Below are positions 1 to 13,819 of a DNA stretch of 47,509 nucleotides, in pieces. Each line of letters starts with the position of its first letter. The first letter of the stretch is position 1. Source of the stretch: Conidiobolus incongruus B7586 (Eukaryota). The stretch spans positions 1 through 47,509 of the forward strand of contig JNEM01009958.1 of NCBI GenBank assembly GCA_000697335.1, read 5' to 3'. The position numbers and the translations under genes are program-made. A model generated the notes under the pieces. The model was not told the origin of the DNA. It worked only from the letters and a program-made list of their open reading frames with translations, and ran no database searches.

Positions 1-3000
1 AAATAACTATTATATTAAATAAATTTATTAAATTATAACCTATAATATTTATAATATAATATTTAAAAAATTTATTATAATATATAATTTTTAATTTTAA
101 ACTTTCAAAAAATAATTAATTCAATATTTTTATATATTTTATAAGTATGAGATAAAAATTTATATAAAGAGCTAGATAGAAATTGCTCTATTCATTTTGA
201 TAATAGAATATTCTATGATTATTATAATTTTTAGGATTGATAAATGAACTTAGAATAGCATATATTCAGGGGCACTAATTTGATATATTTATTTTATCCA
301 TATTTTTATTTATATTATTGATTAGACTATAATACCAATATAAAATATTGATAATATAATCAAGTTAATCTAATGTTAAAAAAACTTTATTAATATTAAA
401 GTATTTTATATACTATAATATTATAGATAATTTATAATCAATTCTTTCAAAAGTCAAAAAAAATTAAGATATACTTATTCTAAGTGTAAAAAACAAATTG
501 AAAATTTATAAAAGTAAAAAGAAAGAATTTAAACCAAATATAGTTATTTTAGTATGCTTCAGAAAATTAAAATAAAATTTATATAATTTTGTATAATTTA
601 CATTATTTTATACAGTGATATTTTTTCTATTTTTTCTATTTCTAATTATAGCAATTATTAAAACAATGCTTGAAAGTGTGTAAGGAAATATATGTATTAT
701 AGAAAATAGGTTAATTTGATTAAAATAAGTAGTAGTGTGTATTGATTATAGCAGTAAGCATTTGGTTAGTTAAAATATTGATTGTATATCAATAAATATA
801 GATATTTTGGAAGATTAATCAATTCAGAATACAAATAAGATAAATAGTTAGTTGAATCTAATAATTATACCGATAATTGAATTGAAAATGCTCATATTTT
901 TTCAATTTTTATTTTCTCAAATATGTAAAATGATGCATAATGCAAGTAGAGAAGACAGCAGTCAAACTGTAAATATTTCTTCATAATAAAAATAAATTTA
1001 TATAAAATATGTGAGAGATTGTAATCAATTTTTAAATAGAATATTCTAAATGCAAATTAATAATTCAAATTGAAAATTAAAGAATTTTCAAGAAATTTAA
1101 ATATTTAAACAGTTTAAAATTAAAATTTTCAAATAAAAAAAATCAAATTAATCCATTTATGGGAATCAATATAAATTTTAAAATAGGTATAAAATAAATT
1201 AAACTTATATCTATTGAATTAAATAATTGTAATATTTTAATTTATTATTTTAAGAATATTGTTTTTTTAGTGAGTTTATAAAAAAATTTCTCAATTGAAT
1301 TTATTATAATAATTTAATAATTTAGTATTAACTTGTAAATATAATATAATTTATTTTCTCTAAGTAGATATTACTTTTAATAATTACTAACGTCCTTTAA
1401 ATAACAATCTCAAAATTGAAAAAATAATGAATTAATGATGCAGTGATCAATCATTAAACGATAACCAAAAAATCTCAATCAAGTTGACTAAATCACAATT
1501 AAATGATAAAAATATTTTGCCTAATCTCTTATAATAAAAAATTTGGTTATTACTCATAATAATTTGATAAAGATATTTCATTGGTGAAAAAGATTTATAA
1601 TTAATGCAAATAAAATAACTTAATTCTCTATTTAGAATAGGTTGATTTCTTTATTATTTATTCAGGAATAATATTGGTCACATTAGAATTATAATTGTAG
1701 ATAAATAATAACTAGTATTTCATTAGTGATATAATTATATACTAATTTTTAAATAATAAATAACTCATAGTTCATTAATTGTCAACTATACTTATCAAAC
1801 AATAATTATATATTTATATCCTGATTTGAAATATTAAAAATATAGTCATAATACATTTAGATAAACCATTTTAACCATGAAAAAAAGGAAAGAAAGGTCA
1901 GGGAGGTGATATAATTTTTAATTAGACTAGTTTGATTAACAAAATATTTAATATTTTTGTAATTAAACTAACAGGTTATCAATATTAGTTTATAAAAATT
2001 TGTTAGATTAGTATTTTTTGAATTGATAGTAAGGATAAAATGATTAATGATTAGTAAGTTGAAATGAATTCGTGTTTGATTTATAAAAAAGTAATTATGC
2101 CGAATATATTATCATGATGTAAACATATAAAGTTTTTACTGTTAAAGGAACAATTTAAAAATACTATATTTGAATATGGTTGATTTAATAAAACTTATTA
2201 AAAACATCCAAATTTGAAACGCTCAAAATTTGTTTTGTTTGTTAAAAATTTCAACCTCTTTTATTACTAAATAATGATATTTATTTCTATATAATACTTT
2301 CAATTTATGATATTCTTTGGATTATAATAAAAGAATTTCTCCTCATAAAACAATTTAATTAAACAATTAATAACTCAATAGCATCTATCGTATGCTATAT
2401 AGGTGATACAGTATCAATATGGGTATCAAACTATTTTTTATGTATACTATTATCCAATGATTTCAGAAACTTTTCCATAATGTTTGATATTAATAAATTT
2501 TATTTTCACCTTCGTATGATGGAATTATAATATTAGAAAAAATTGAATTATATATTGTTATAATATTCAACTTTAATTGAATAAATATACTGTTGATATA
2601 TATCCAGTAATTGGCAATTATGTTATAGTTAGTGATAGTTTGGCTTAGTAATATGAAGAACAATTGTTCAAGGATAGTTTAAAGAATTTTATTAAAATAT
2701 AAAACTTGATTGATGTACACTGTAAGATTATATCCATCTATAATGATTATTTAAAACCTATTATAAACTTTAGACGTATTAATATTAAACCATAGCAAGA
2801 TAACTTTTTGTATAATTTATAATTATGAAGAGGATATTTTATATTAAATAATAAAAAAAATTAACCGCTATGAATGATACATTCAAAACAACCGCTATTA
2901 TATGTTAATTAGAATGAAATTGACACCATTAACTCCAATTGAATGAATAAAATTTATAGAAACTTTATTCTTTAACCTCGTCAAACTACAAAAATTATTA

Positions 3001-3578
3001 TGTCACCAATTAATCATTAATAGAGCTATATATAAGAGATATAATAGGTCAATTGAAAAATAAACAGGTAATCGATTGGGTAATAGGCGAATTAAGTCAC
3101 ACTATTTAAAAAACAACCTAATAAGGCAATTAATTATAGTAACATAAGTTTCAGATAATATTAGTAAAAATTTATTTTAATTTTCGTTTTAAAAAATTGG
3201 AAATTAAAGAAACTGAATGATACTTATAAGTTTCAGTTATTCTATCATTATTAATATGATTATTTATTTTGATCCCTTTACTTTAAAATTCAATTAATAA
3301 ATTAATTTTTTGATTTATGGTATTTTTATTTATAAGTAAGTTTTATAGTCTGATTTGTTTTTTGCACTGTTTCCCTCTGCCTACCAAGTATACTGAAATT
3401 TATTAATAGTATCACTTAACATTATATCATATTACTATTAATTATCTAATTAATTATATACCACCATACATTAATTTTAGTCTCTCTAGTATTTTGCTAT
3501 CAGGGTTGAATATTTTATTTTATTCTATATTTAGGCTTATTCTATTAAACTAAACTACCCTTATAGTTTTCAACTGAA

Positions 3579-6500
3579 ATGAATTCCGAATCTTCAATTA
3601 ATAGAGAGTCCTTCGATTCTCAATTCGGTATTCAACAACCCAATCCGAATGCTAATCAATTCAACTGTACTACTAACAGCACTTCTTCCAACTCAAATTG
3701 CATTCAATTGGAAAATAGCAAATCAGCAGCATATCCTTTTAGTCCCGTCGATGCCGAGGCCCCACTGAGTAGAGAAAAATTAGGTGCTATGGCACTAAAA
3801 AATTGGCCTTCTTTTTCTAATTTACGTTCCAACTCATTTTCACCCTCTTTGCTACCTTGTATGACTTCAAGCCAAAGCCGACCAGAATCACCTGAATCTA
3901 ACTCAGTAGCAAAAATGGAATTATGCAAACTTAGTTACAATAATGATCCAGAAAGTATATCTCGCGCCAATAGAAGGACTCGCACAGTATCCAATATAGA
4001 AACAAATCACCGTGATTGCTTCGGTCTAGATAATTCAGATAATTTTGCTAAAAATTCTGCAGGAAAGTCGCTTGAAGGACCTAGTAAATCATCAGAAAAC
4101 TTTAATATAGTTCAATTGAATAAAGCTCCCAAAAAAACAAAATCTGCTCGGCCGAGATCTATGTATGGGGGTCTGGTAGGCCCTTGCTCACCAGGTTCTC
4201 TTTTGGTATCTCAAAGCTCGGAACTATTCTCTTCATCAAGCAACACATCTGAAAATACATATCACACTAGAACTAATAGCAGTGCCAGTGGAACTCACTC
4301 CCGTACTACTAGTAGTTCAAGTGGCAAGTTTCCCCCAACCCCTTACGGGACTCCCAATTGGACAGTGTCCCAACTTCAATCATCACCTGGTTCTGGGAAT
4401 TCAGAAAGTATAATGAGAAAAAATCCTTCTCATATTGAAAATGATTTGATATATTCAAGGAGTCGGCGAAATAGTGAAGGGTTGTCCCATTTGGCAGTTC
4501 AGAGTCTATCAAATTTAGCTAAACAGAGAGGCGTTCTGCCACATCCTAACAGAGATATCAACGCTCAGGAGCCTGCTCCTAGCGGCGAATGTTTTTCCCA
4601 TTCAAATTCAAATATTCAGCCAACAAGTTTACTTGGATTAAAACTTCGAGAATCACAAAATCAGTCTCATAATATCAATTCCCCCAATACCCGACCTGGC
4701 TTGGAAGAGATTCCATCCCTATCTTTGTCTATGGACCCTGCCTATAACCCTAATATAAGCGATTCTTCCCTCTCCAGCTCAGGAATTAGTGGAATTTTTC
4801 AAGGGTCTGGTAATTTTCCCACGAGTTTGGGTGATGGGTCAGTTGAAATGGAATCACTGCATGTCAAATTTTCTCCCACAATAGCACCGCGACAAAATAC
4901 ACTCTCTTTAAATACAATACATTCTACCAGTCTCCAATCAACTGGTATGGGTAGAAAAAGAAGTAAAAGCCTCAGTCGACATAACCCATCTCTATTGCTA
5001 ACATCAACACCTCTGTCCATGTCTCATCAACCAAGTCACATCTCCACAGACTCATCCTCCCACTCCAGTCCTAGATCCCGGATATTAAACTCTTCACAGT
5101 TCCCTGGACTTGAAGGAAACGAAGAAGTGGTCAACCGCCTAGACTTGACAGAAGATGGCTATCGGTTAAATTTCTTAGACAATATGAAGCAAAACTTGAT
5201 CCAAGAGTTAAAGGAAGCCAAGGCCAAAACCGATATAGGCATCAAAGAAACACTATTGAACTGGTACTCCAATCAAGGAATCAAGATTGCCGACGATCCT
5301 GATCGCGGTGGATTAGTTTACGATTTTGGCAACCTTGATAAAATTTCCCCGATCGAATTTAACACGGGTCACGAGACCGATGACAATGAGCTTAAAGCAC
5401 CCCCTTTCATCCACCACCACAGCTACCATCCAGATTTGATACAGGAATCAAGTGCTCATTCTTTAAAGACACGGCCAATCAATATCCCTTTAAAAAACGC
5501 GTTCATCAAATCTATTGATGATAAACGCGAAATGTCTCAAAAAGGTGAAGATATTTTGACTAGAAATTTAAACATCAATCAACTTCATTCCAATAGTTGG
5601 CCACCATCATTCTTTGGTAAGTAATTATTTACTAATATAATTATTGAAATAGTTTATTAATGCGTTAATAATAATAGCTTCAGTACATACGATATTACTT
5701 CATAATGTGGAACAATTAGCTCAGGAAATATTAACCACTTCCGTTGCTAAAATGGTTTCAAGTGATATTTGCTTAGATATCACGCAGCAATTACAGAAAT
5801 TATTGTCGGAACAAAAGAGATTAACTGTAGGTGATGCGGAAGCTCAATCTGTGTTAGAAAAGATTCTGTTTGAATTCTCCCCTTGCTGCCGTATTGTTCA
5901 AGCTTTGGTAAGTAATCATTTTAATAGTTAGTAATTTATGTTATTACTTCAAATAGTATCAAATATTTTAAAACTACATAGGTTGAATTATGATCCCTCT
6001 TACTAATCTATATATTTTATTTATTGTATAGCATGATTATGAACAAAGTCAAAAATCAAGAGAAGAATTACTTCGTTCAAGTCGTCGATTTAGCTCTAGT
6101 GAATATTCATTATCTCCAAGCCCACCTATACCACCTTCACCTAAGCATACTATTTCCAACCGTAGATCGTCCCTAAATACTCTTGATCTTTCAGGCAAAT
6201 CACCACCTTCACAGCAGTTAAACTATGTTTCAGCAAATGCCAATCTCCATCCCTCAATAACTGAAGAATATTCACCTGTTGGAAAGAAAATAGAAACGGA
6301 TCCAAACAAAAGTGAATCTAATTTCAGTTATATTTCTTCACCAGGTACAAATAATATACCATCTTCACCACCACTACCAGATCACTTCAAGCCTTCCAGA
6401 CGTGCGAGCATCGCCAGCCTTCTCCCCAACAAAATAGGAGGCCTCTTAGGTCTCAAGAGCAAGAGTGATGAAAGGGATGAATATTTAAAAACTACTCGAA

Positions 6501-9500
6501 CCAGTAGACAACACCCATCATCTCACTCTCTTGCAACAAACCTTGGGAGGGTGGACGAAGAAACCTCATCCTACAATCACCAGCGCAGGAAATCCTCCAT
6601 CAGTGTAGTGAGATTATTGAAAAACTTTGGATTCGGCAAGGTACCTGTCCCTGACGAAACTTCCGACAGTTACTATTCCTCTAGAAAATCCTCCGTTGAC
6701 AGGAGAGACAGCATCAACTCAGTTACAAAAACTCTAGTGGAAGAGCAGACTTCTACGAAAGATGAGGTATCGTCGCAGGATACCACCCAAATTCCTGTAA
6801 AAGAAACCAAGCCTAGGGACATTGATGGAGCATCGTCCCATCATCGCACCCGATCGGAAGATTCTGGCTTATTCAAGAGTCCATCGCCAGTATTTCACAA
6901 ACTTAATGAAGTTGATCTCAAATCTCCCAGTAGCTCCTCGGGATTGGACACTCATGTTGGGATGCGAAGCCGTGCGGGAAGCGCTCCAAGTACATCAGAG
7001 ATCAAAAAGATTTTGTGTAGATTGTGTGAAGAGCAAATCAACGAGAAAGAGTTTGAGCCGCATATTGAAGAATGTACACAAAATCAACTGGACAATATGA
7101 AGTTGTACGAGTTAGAAAATGGACTCAAAAAACTCAAATCCGAATCAATTCATACCTTTGGATTACCTGACATACCCCTTTCTCAAATTTTTGAATCACC
7201 TCGACCTATGGAACAAGACAAACCAATGATTGATTTCATGAATTTAATGAACCGAACACTCAAAGTACTGTCATTTCAAGATTTATCAGAAATTACTATG
7301 ATTCACTCGTTAAAAGATATCAAAATAGAAACTAAGATGCTTTTAGGGAATCAGCAATCTCTACTTTCCGGCTTTAACTCTGAAGTACAAAATTCTGAAA
7401 AGAAAGAATCAAGGAATGAGTATCAAGATCAGTATCAACAGATGGAGAAATTCGACAAACTGATTGGTCAGATTCATGATTTGATTAAGCGGTATCAAGA
7501 CAGGTTAGGCATTAGAAGTACACTTACCATCAACACCAATATACGTCCTGAGCCATTGTCCAAGCAATGTAACTACAATAAGAACAGAGATAGTGGCTCG
7601 TTTGGCAAGGCATTCAGACTGAACATTCCTCAGCCTAATTCGATGGGAAGAACAGCATCGGGAACTCCTCCAACGGGAAGAAAGGGATCGATAACTTTAG
7701 AAATGCTTAAAATGTATCGTTCGCCATCTTCACCTTCTTCCAACAATTCCAATAGCTTCAAGGAGAATTTTATTGAGCGATCAATTGGCAAGGTGAGAAA
7801 TTTAGGCAGTCTTACTCCCAGATCTTCCCGTGGCTCTATCTCCAAAGAGTTCCAGCCCAGTAGCCAAGATCAAGAGAATGGATTCGCCGCATCCACTAAA
7901 AAGATGATGTCATTACTTGCAGGCGTTTTGAAAAAGGGTCAGCACGATGCTGGTATCAGCTGTGAACAGAGTCCACCTGCTCAACCTTATGGTAGCAAAC
8001 GAGCTAGGGGAGATACTTCTAGGAGGGATACAGCGGATTCAGCACAATCTACCATTGGCACGAATGGCACTACCAAATCGACACCTAAGAAAACTAAAAT
8101 CCCTGGAATTGAAGACTTTGAAATCATCAAACCCATTTCCAGAGGTGCTTTTGGTAAAGTGTATTTAGCTCGTAAAAAGACCACCAAGGATCTATTTGCC
8201 ATCAAGGCCATTCGAAAGGATGACGTCGTTCGCAAGAATATGGTCCAACAAGTGATGATGGAGAGAAAAGTGATGGCATTGGCATCCATTCCCTATGTAG
8301 TATCTATGTTCTTTGCCTTTCACTCCAAATCCTATCTCTTTTTAGTGATGGAATATTTGATTGGTGGTGATCTTTCCTCCCTATTACAAGTATATGGATG
8401 CTTCGAAGAAGATATGGCTCGTTTCTACATTGCAGAAACCACTCTAGCGCTGAATTATTTGCACGAGAACGGCGTTGTTCATCGTGATTTGAAGCCTGAT
8501 AACATTTTGATTGATCACACTGGACATATTAAATTGACAGATTTTGGACTTTCTCGTATTGTTGTGAATGATCAAACTTCTGGAGGGATTGGCCCAAGTC
8601 ATCATGTCCACAATTTTAACACTAGTCACTTAAATACAAAGCAAGAGGTACATCATAATGGCCATAATATTAAACATGAACCCCATACACCCAAGCGTCC
8701 TCCCAGTAATCGCGAACTTCTAGGTACACCTGATTATTTGGCACCTGAGTTACTGTTAGGTTCTTCTCATGGCTCTCCTGTAGACTGGTGGGCAGTTGGT
8801 GTATGCCTTTTTGAATTCCTCGTTGGTTATCCACCATTTTCTGACGAATCTCCAGAATTGATCTTTCGCAATATTTTGAATCATGAAATTCAGTGGCCTC
8901 CAGTCGATCCAGATGCATCATATTTCAGTACTGAGAGTGAGGATTTGATCAAAAACTTACTACAACCAGATCCTTCGAAGCGACTTCAAAGGAATCAAGT
9001 TCCTTTGCATTCTTTCTTCAAAGGGATGGACTTTGATAAACTGCATGAGATTGAACCACCATTTATCCCACGTCCCGAAGATGTATGCGATACCAGCTAT
9101 TTTGAGAGCAGAAACACCCGCCCTGATATTGTCAATTTGAATAAGAGTTCTGTGCATCAGATCATTGATGGTCATCAAGAAGATTCCTTCTTCCATGGTG
9201 AAGTTGAATTACAAGAGAATAATACTGATAATAACATTGTTTCTCAAACGAACACTTCGACACCAAGTCAATGCACTCATTCAGAAACTGATTCAAATAT
9301 AATTTCTCAAGTCCCTTCTATTAACAGTAGATCAAGTATGAATAACATTCAACCCAGTTTACAAAGCACAGATGGCAATACATTATTTACCTCCCCTGAG
9401 ATATCCACACAAATGTTTGATTCACCATCACCAGGCAATCCATATCCAGAAATTGAAATCATGGATCTTTCCAAAGCACCATCAATGCTCTTTGACCAAG

Positions 9501-9880
9501 GATCCCCATTTTCACCGATTTGCGACATCACCACCCAATCACCACCAGTGCAGCCAAGGTCCGCACTGCACCAAACGAGCTACGACTCTAACCCAGCACT
9601 CCGCCGTGGCTTCATCAACATCGGTGCAACAAACACTTTTAACAGAGGCAACCCCACGCCCAGTTCCGGCACACTCCCCCCAACGAGCAATCTCCACATC
9701 CATACAACATCGTCACATATCCCCACACATTTAGCAAGTCCTACGCGCCATTTGCGAGCCCATTCTGTCCCAAATATGCTAGAAAATAGGGAAATCTTCG
9801 ACAGTTTCGAGTACAAGAACATCCAGCGACTATCCGAGTACAACAAGGGGGTCAGTCGACAAAATTCCATGATAGAATGA
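3579..9880 (+). CDS. AGC Ser/Thr kinase of the MAST/Greatwall/Rim15/IRE group, ~2038 aa; exons 3579-5616, 5678-5907, 6032-9880
   Basis: Kinase motifs [26 protein letters not shown], an activation-segment insert, GTPDYLAPE and AGC tail PPFIP..DTSYF; C2HC finger CRLCEE..HIEEC; terminal [24 protein letters not shown] introns at 5617-5677 and 5908-6031 join three ORFs in frame (an in-frame alternative acceptor exists at 5683). Confidence 0.9.
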
Positions 9881-10377
9881 CTTTTATTTATGTATTTTTA
9901 GTGCATTTTTTAGGTTACTAACGTATGTTTTAATATTTTTCTCAAAATGAGTCATTTTTTCTACTTCATTTTGAAATTTTTTTAATACTAATAAAAAATA
10001 AATATTATTAAAAATATCCATTTGATTATGAATTTTTTAAATTGAAAGAACAATATTATAGTTGTCAAGTTGATTTTTGCATATTTTATTATTAATAAAA
10101 GTAGTTTGTATATAATTTAAAATTGATTTGAATGGTTGGTTGAAAATAGTTTAATTATTCATAATTTTCAAAGTTAAGAGAATGATGATGTCATTAAAGT
10201 TTCTATAAAAATTGATATTGCTTGGTGATTTCATTGTTGATTTATGCCAAATTAATCAGAAAAAGTTTACTAACTAGTTAATTAATTGTCATTTAGTAAG
10301 AACATTTAAAAAAAGTACTCTCATGCTATTAATAAATTATCAATATTCTAACCTAACTATAGAACTAAAACTAATAT

Positions 10378-10383
10378 CACGTG
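10378..10383. promoter_or_regulatory. E-box CACGTG (ATCACGTGG) ~225 bp upstream of the MFS gene
   Basis: GC-rich palindrome in a very AT-rich promoter; same flanked motif occurs upstream of two other genes. Confidence 0.4.
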
Positions 10384-10607
10384 GTAAACTAATTTAAATT
10401 ACTATTGATTAACCAAGAAGTTAAAAGAGAAAAATGTTACAACCATCGGATGTCAGTTATGAAATGAGATCCCATAATTCGACTGCAACAATATTAAGTC
10501 ACCTTATTAGGCATATATCGAATAAATTTTAAAATGTTATTATTAATCAATTAAGGGTTACAATATTACAATAGCATATAATACATTTAAAATCGATCAA
10601 TAATACA

Positions 10608-12091
10608 ATGTCAAGGGAACAAAAGAGCACAAAATATGTCCTAGGCCTAATATTCCTAAGTCTTATGATAGATCTTTTCGCATTTACCTTAATCCTCCCC
10701 ATCTATCCCGCTATGATAGATTACTATCTGACTAATGACACAACCTCCTCAGTATTGCAGCAGGCCAACAGCTGGATACAGAGGTTTGAAGGGTTTTTGG
10801 GCAGCGATATTAATATGACTACTTCGAAATTGAGAGTCACACTGTTAGGAGGTTTTTTAGGCTCAACATTCTCCTTATGTCAGTTCGTAGTGGCCCCCTT
10901 TTGGGGTAAATTGGCCGATAAATTTGGTAGAAGGACAATCCTACTAGTTTCCATAGTAAGTTTATCAACCATCAATATTTTATATGCTTCTAACAATTGT
11001 ATAGTTTGGAAATTTAGTATCGAATATATTGTGGATGCTCAGCAAAAATTTCAATTTATTCTTAATGAGTCGACTCGTTGGAGGGTTGACAGAAGCTAAC
11101 GTTCAATTGACCAATGCCATTATTTCAGATGTTACGGATCATAAGACGAGATCCAAGGGAATGGTAAATATTTAATTATGTATTTCTAGAATTTATATTG
11201 ATTGTTATATAGGCTTTGGTAGGTATCGCATTCTCAGTAGCTTTTACACTAGGCCCCAGTATTTGTGGTTTTTTAATATTCAAAGGCGTTAGAGTCCCTC
11301 ACCTCAATCTGTTAAGTTACGAAACGCCCTACTCCGCCGCAGGTTTATTAGCCAGTATTTTAATTATTGTAGAATTCCTAATTTTAGCAAGTTTGCTACC
11401 AGAAACTTTAAACTATAAAAAATCTACTGACAACAAGGAGGGTGAAAAATTAAAAACTAGGGATACTGAAGTACCTAAGAATGATTTTTCAGGTAGTATT
11501 AGACAGCTGAATTTGGTACATTTATTCTATTTGTTCTTGTTCAGTGGTATGGAATTCACTTTACCATTCTTGGCACACGATCTCTTCAAATTTAACGAAA
11601 TGGAACAGGGTAAAATGTTTGGTTTGATGGGTACTATTTCCTCCCTTATTCAAGGTGGTTACGTCAGACGCTTCGCTAGCAAACGAGGTGAAAAGAAACT
11701 AGTACTGGAAGGCTTACTAAGTGGTGTGATGGGGCTACTAAGCTTAGCTATTTTAATTCCCACCAATACCAAACCTTCTAACTATATCATCTGGACAGCT
11801 ATCGTATTTTTAGCATATACATCAGCCACCGTAATCTCATGTCTCACCTCTCTCTTATCGCTAGTTGCCGACAATTCCTCCAAGCACTATCAAACCAAAG
11901 CTACAGTCTTGGGTCAATTCCGTTCCTACGGCCAACTCGGCAGATGTCTTGGACCCGTAGCAGCATGTAGTGTATATTGGTTATTCGGCCCTAAAATCCT
12001 CTACTACTCTGGCGCTTTAGGCTTCTTCCTCACTTATTTTATATTATTTAAAATGCCCAATCATGTTAGAAAAGAAGTTAAAACAGATTAA
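10608..12091 (+). CDS. MFS transporter, MFSD10/TetA-like; exons 10608-10955, 11005-11163, 11213-12091
   Basis: Motif A (WGKLADKFGRRTILL); spliced middle exon reads SRLVGGLTEANVQLTNAIISDVT..RSKGM/ALVGIAFSVAFTLGP; LFSGMEFTLPFL and IQGGYVRR as in MFSD10; about 12 hydrophobic segments. Confidence 0.9.
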
Positions 12092-12304
12092 GTTTATATT
12101 TATCCATTATATTTCAAATAATTTTATAAGTAAAAATATTTTAATATTTATAAGGAGCCATTGTTAAATAAATGTTCATATTTTGTTATCGTTTCTATAT
12201 CATAAAATCTTATATTTTATTTTAAAAAATTATAAAAAAAAACCGTATAAATTTTGAAAACTGCAAAACAAAAATAATAATAAATAGAATACATTTAAAA
12301 TAAA

Positions 12305-13760
12305 TTAAGGTCTACTAGAATTTAATAATCGATTCAATTGAACGTCATGAGATTGGTGATCTAAAGAACTCTAACGCAGTATTAATATATTATTCATTAA
12401 TAGCATATGATAAATTACCTGATAGTATTTATCTTTTACAATTGTTTGCAATTTATCCTGAATCCTGGGTAGCATCTCTTCAATGGTATTCACTGATGAA
12501 ATTACTAGATAAAATAATTAGTATTAGATAAGAAAATAATAATAAATGTTAATTACATTGTAAATTAGTGTGATGAGGGTTTGGCAAATTGGGAATTTGA
12601 TACACATGATAAGGTAACAATCGCTCAATAGCATCCCTCTTGGACGAAAATGGTACCAGATAAGTCGGATGAGATATTGTCTGTTGCTCGATTTCTAAAG
12701 TTTTCTGTAGACGGACTTTGAGTTCGCGGTTCCTTTCAATCTCTTGAGAGTCTTTTAGGTAGGATGTGGGCTGATTGGTTATTGATAGTGTTTCATATGG
12801 GAATAGATTGTTGTTGATAGTTGGTATGAGATGGGGTATTTTGATCATATTCATGCCAGTTCGCGTGGTTTGGGAATGGCTGTGCTGGGATGCGTTAAAC
12901 TCCTTGGAATACGAAGTTGCGGACGTTTCAGAATTGGGATGGGGTAGAATATTTGGTTGGGCTCGTGTAGGATGTCCCTGATTTAATAATTTTCGTTCTA
13001 GAAGCTTTTGTCTTGAAAAGTTGCCAGATTTAACATACTTTCGCGTAGATTGGCTTTTATATCTTTTACTTGAGCTGGACTTGGTGTTGGTCGTATTGAC
13101 ATTGGTATTGGAAAACTGATTGTAAAATTTGCTGTTGGATATAAATGGATTTTCTACTTTCGGTATCCTAGCAACTGATTGATTCTGATGTTGAACCGGT
13201 ACTGTATTAGTAGTGGTGGGTTGAGGCGGTTTACTCGCCAAAGGCCTATGATAATAATTTAAATTCGTAGATATCTTATTATTATTCAACGAAGGAAATC
13301 CGCTAATTGATGAGACATTTGTACTGAAATTCGTATTGGGTCGAATTTGAGATCCCGAAGCATTCATATTATTTTTGTTCTGTAATACCGTATTTAACGT
13401 ATCGTTGATCTTCTTCCGTATAGCATCTGCTCTAGATGTTCCCGGGCCTGAATTTGCTTCGAGGGTTAATGAGAGATGAGCCGGAGCAATTCCAGGCCCA
13501 TTTAGAAATAAATTGGATACTTCATTAGCTACTGTAAATTGATAATAACAGATTAGTTTATTTAATTTAATAAATATTTCTATAAATATTTCAATAAATA
13601 GTTTTTAATATTAATATAATTCAAAATACTGTTATAAAAATAAATTTAATAAAATAGATGAAAGATAAGGATAAAAGTAAATAATAGATAAAACTTACAG
13701 TTAGAATTGGACAATAAAGAATCCTTCTTGATATTAGGTGATGCTGTATTTTGCTGAATA

Positions 13761-13793
<33 letters not shown>

Positions 13794-13819
13794 ATATTAT
13801 TATTCTTAAAATTTTTCAT
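12305..13819 (-). CDS. GLTSCR1 (BICRA-like) domain protein; exons 13819-13699, 13531-12557, 12504-12419, ~12370-12305
   Basis: C-terminal HPTYLVPFSSKRDAIERLLPYHVYQ matches the GLTSCR1 conserved motif (P.Y..PF.S..DA..RLLPYHV); N/S/T/Q-rich disordered N-terminus; phase-compatible introns. The last acceptor is uncertain. Confidence 0.75.
13758..13804. repeat. (AAT/ATT)n microsatellite encoding poly-Asn in exon 1 of the GLTSCR1-domain gene
   Basis: Run of attattatt..., translated as NNNNNNNNN on the minus strand. Confidence 0.8.
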
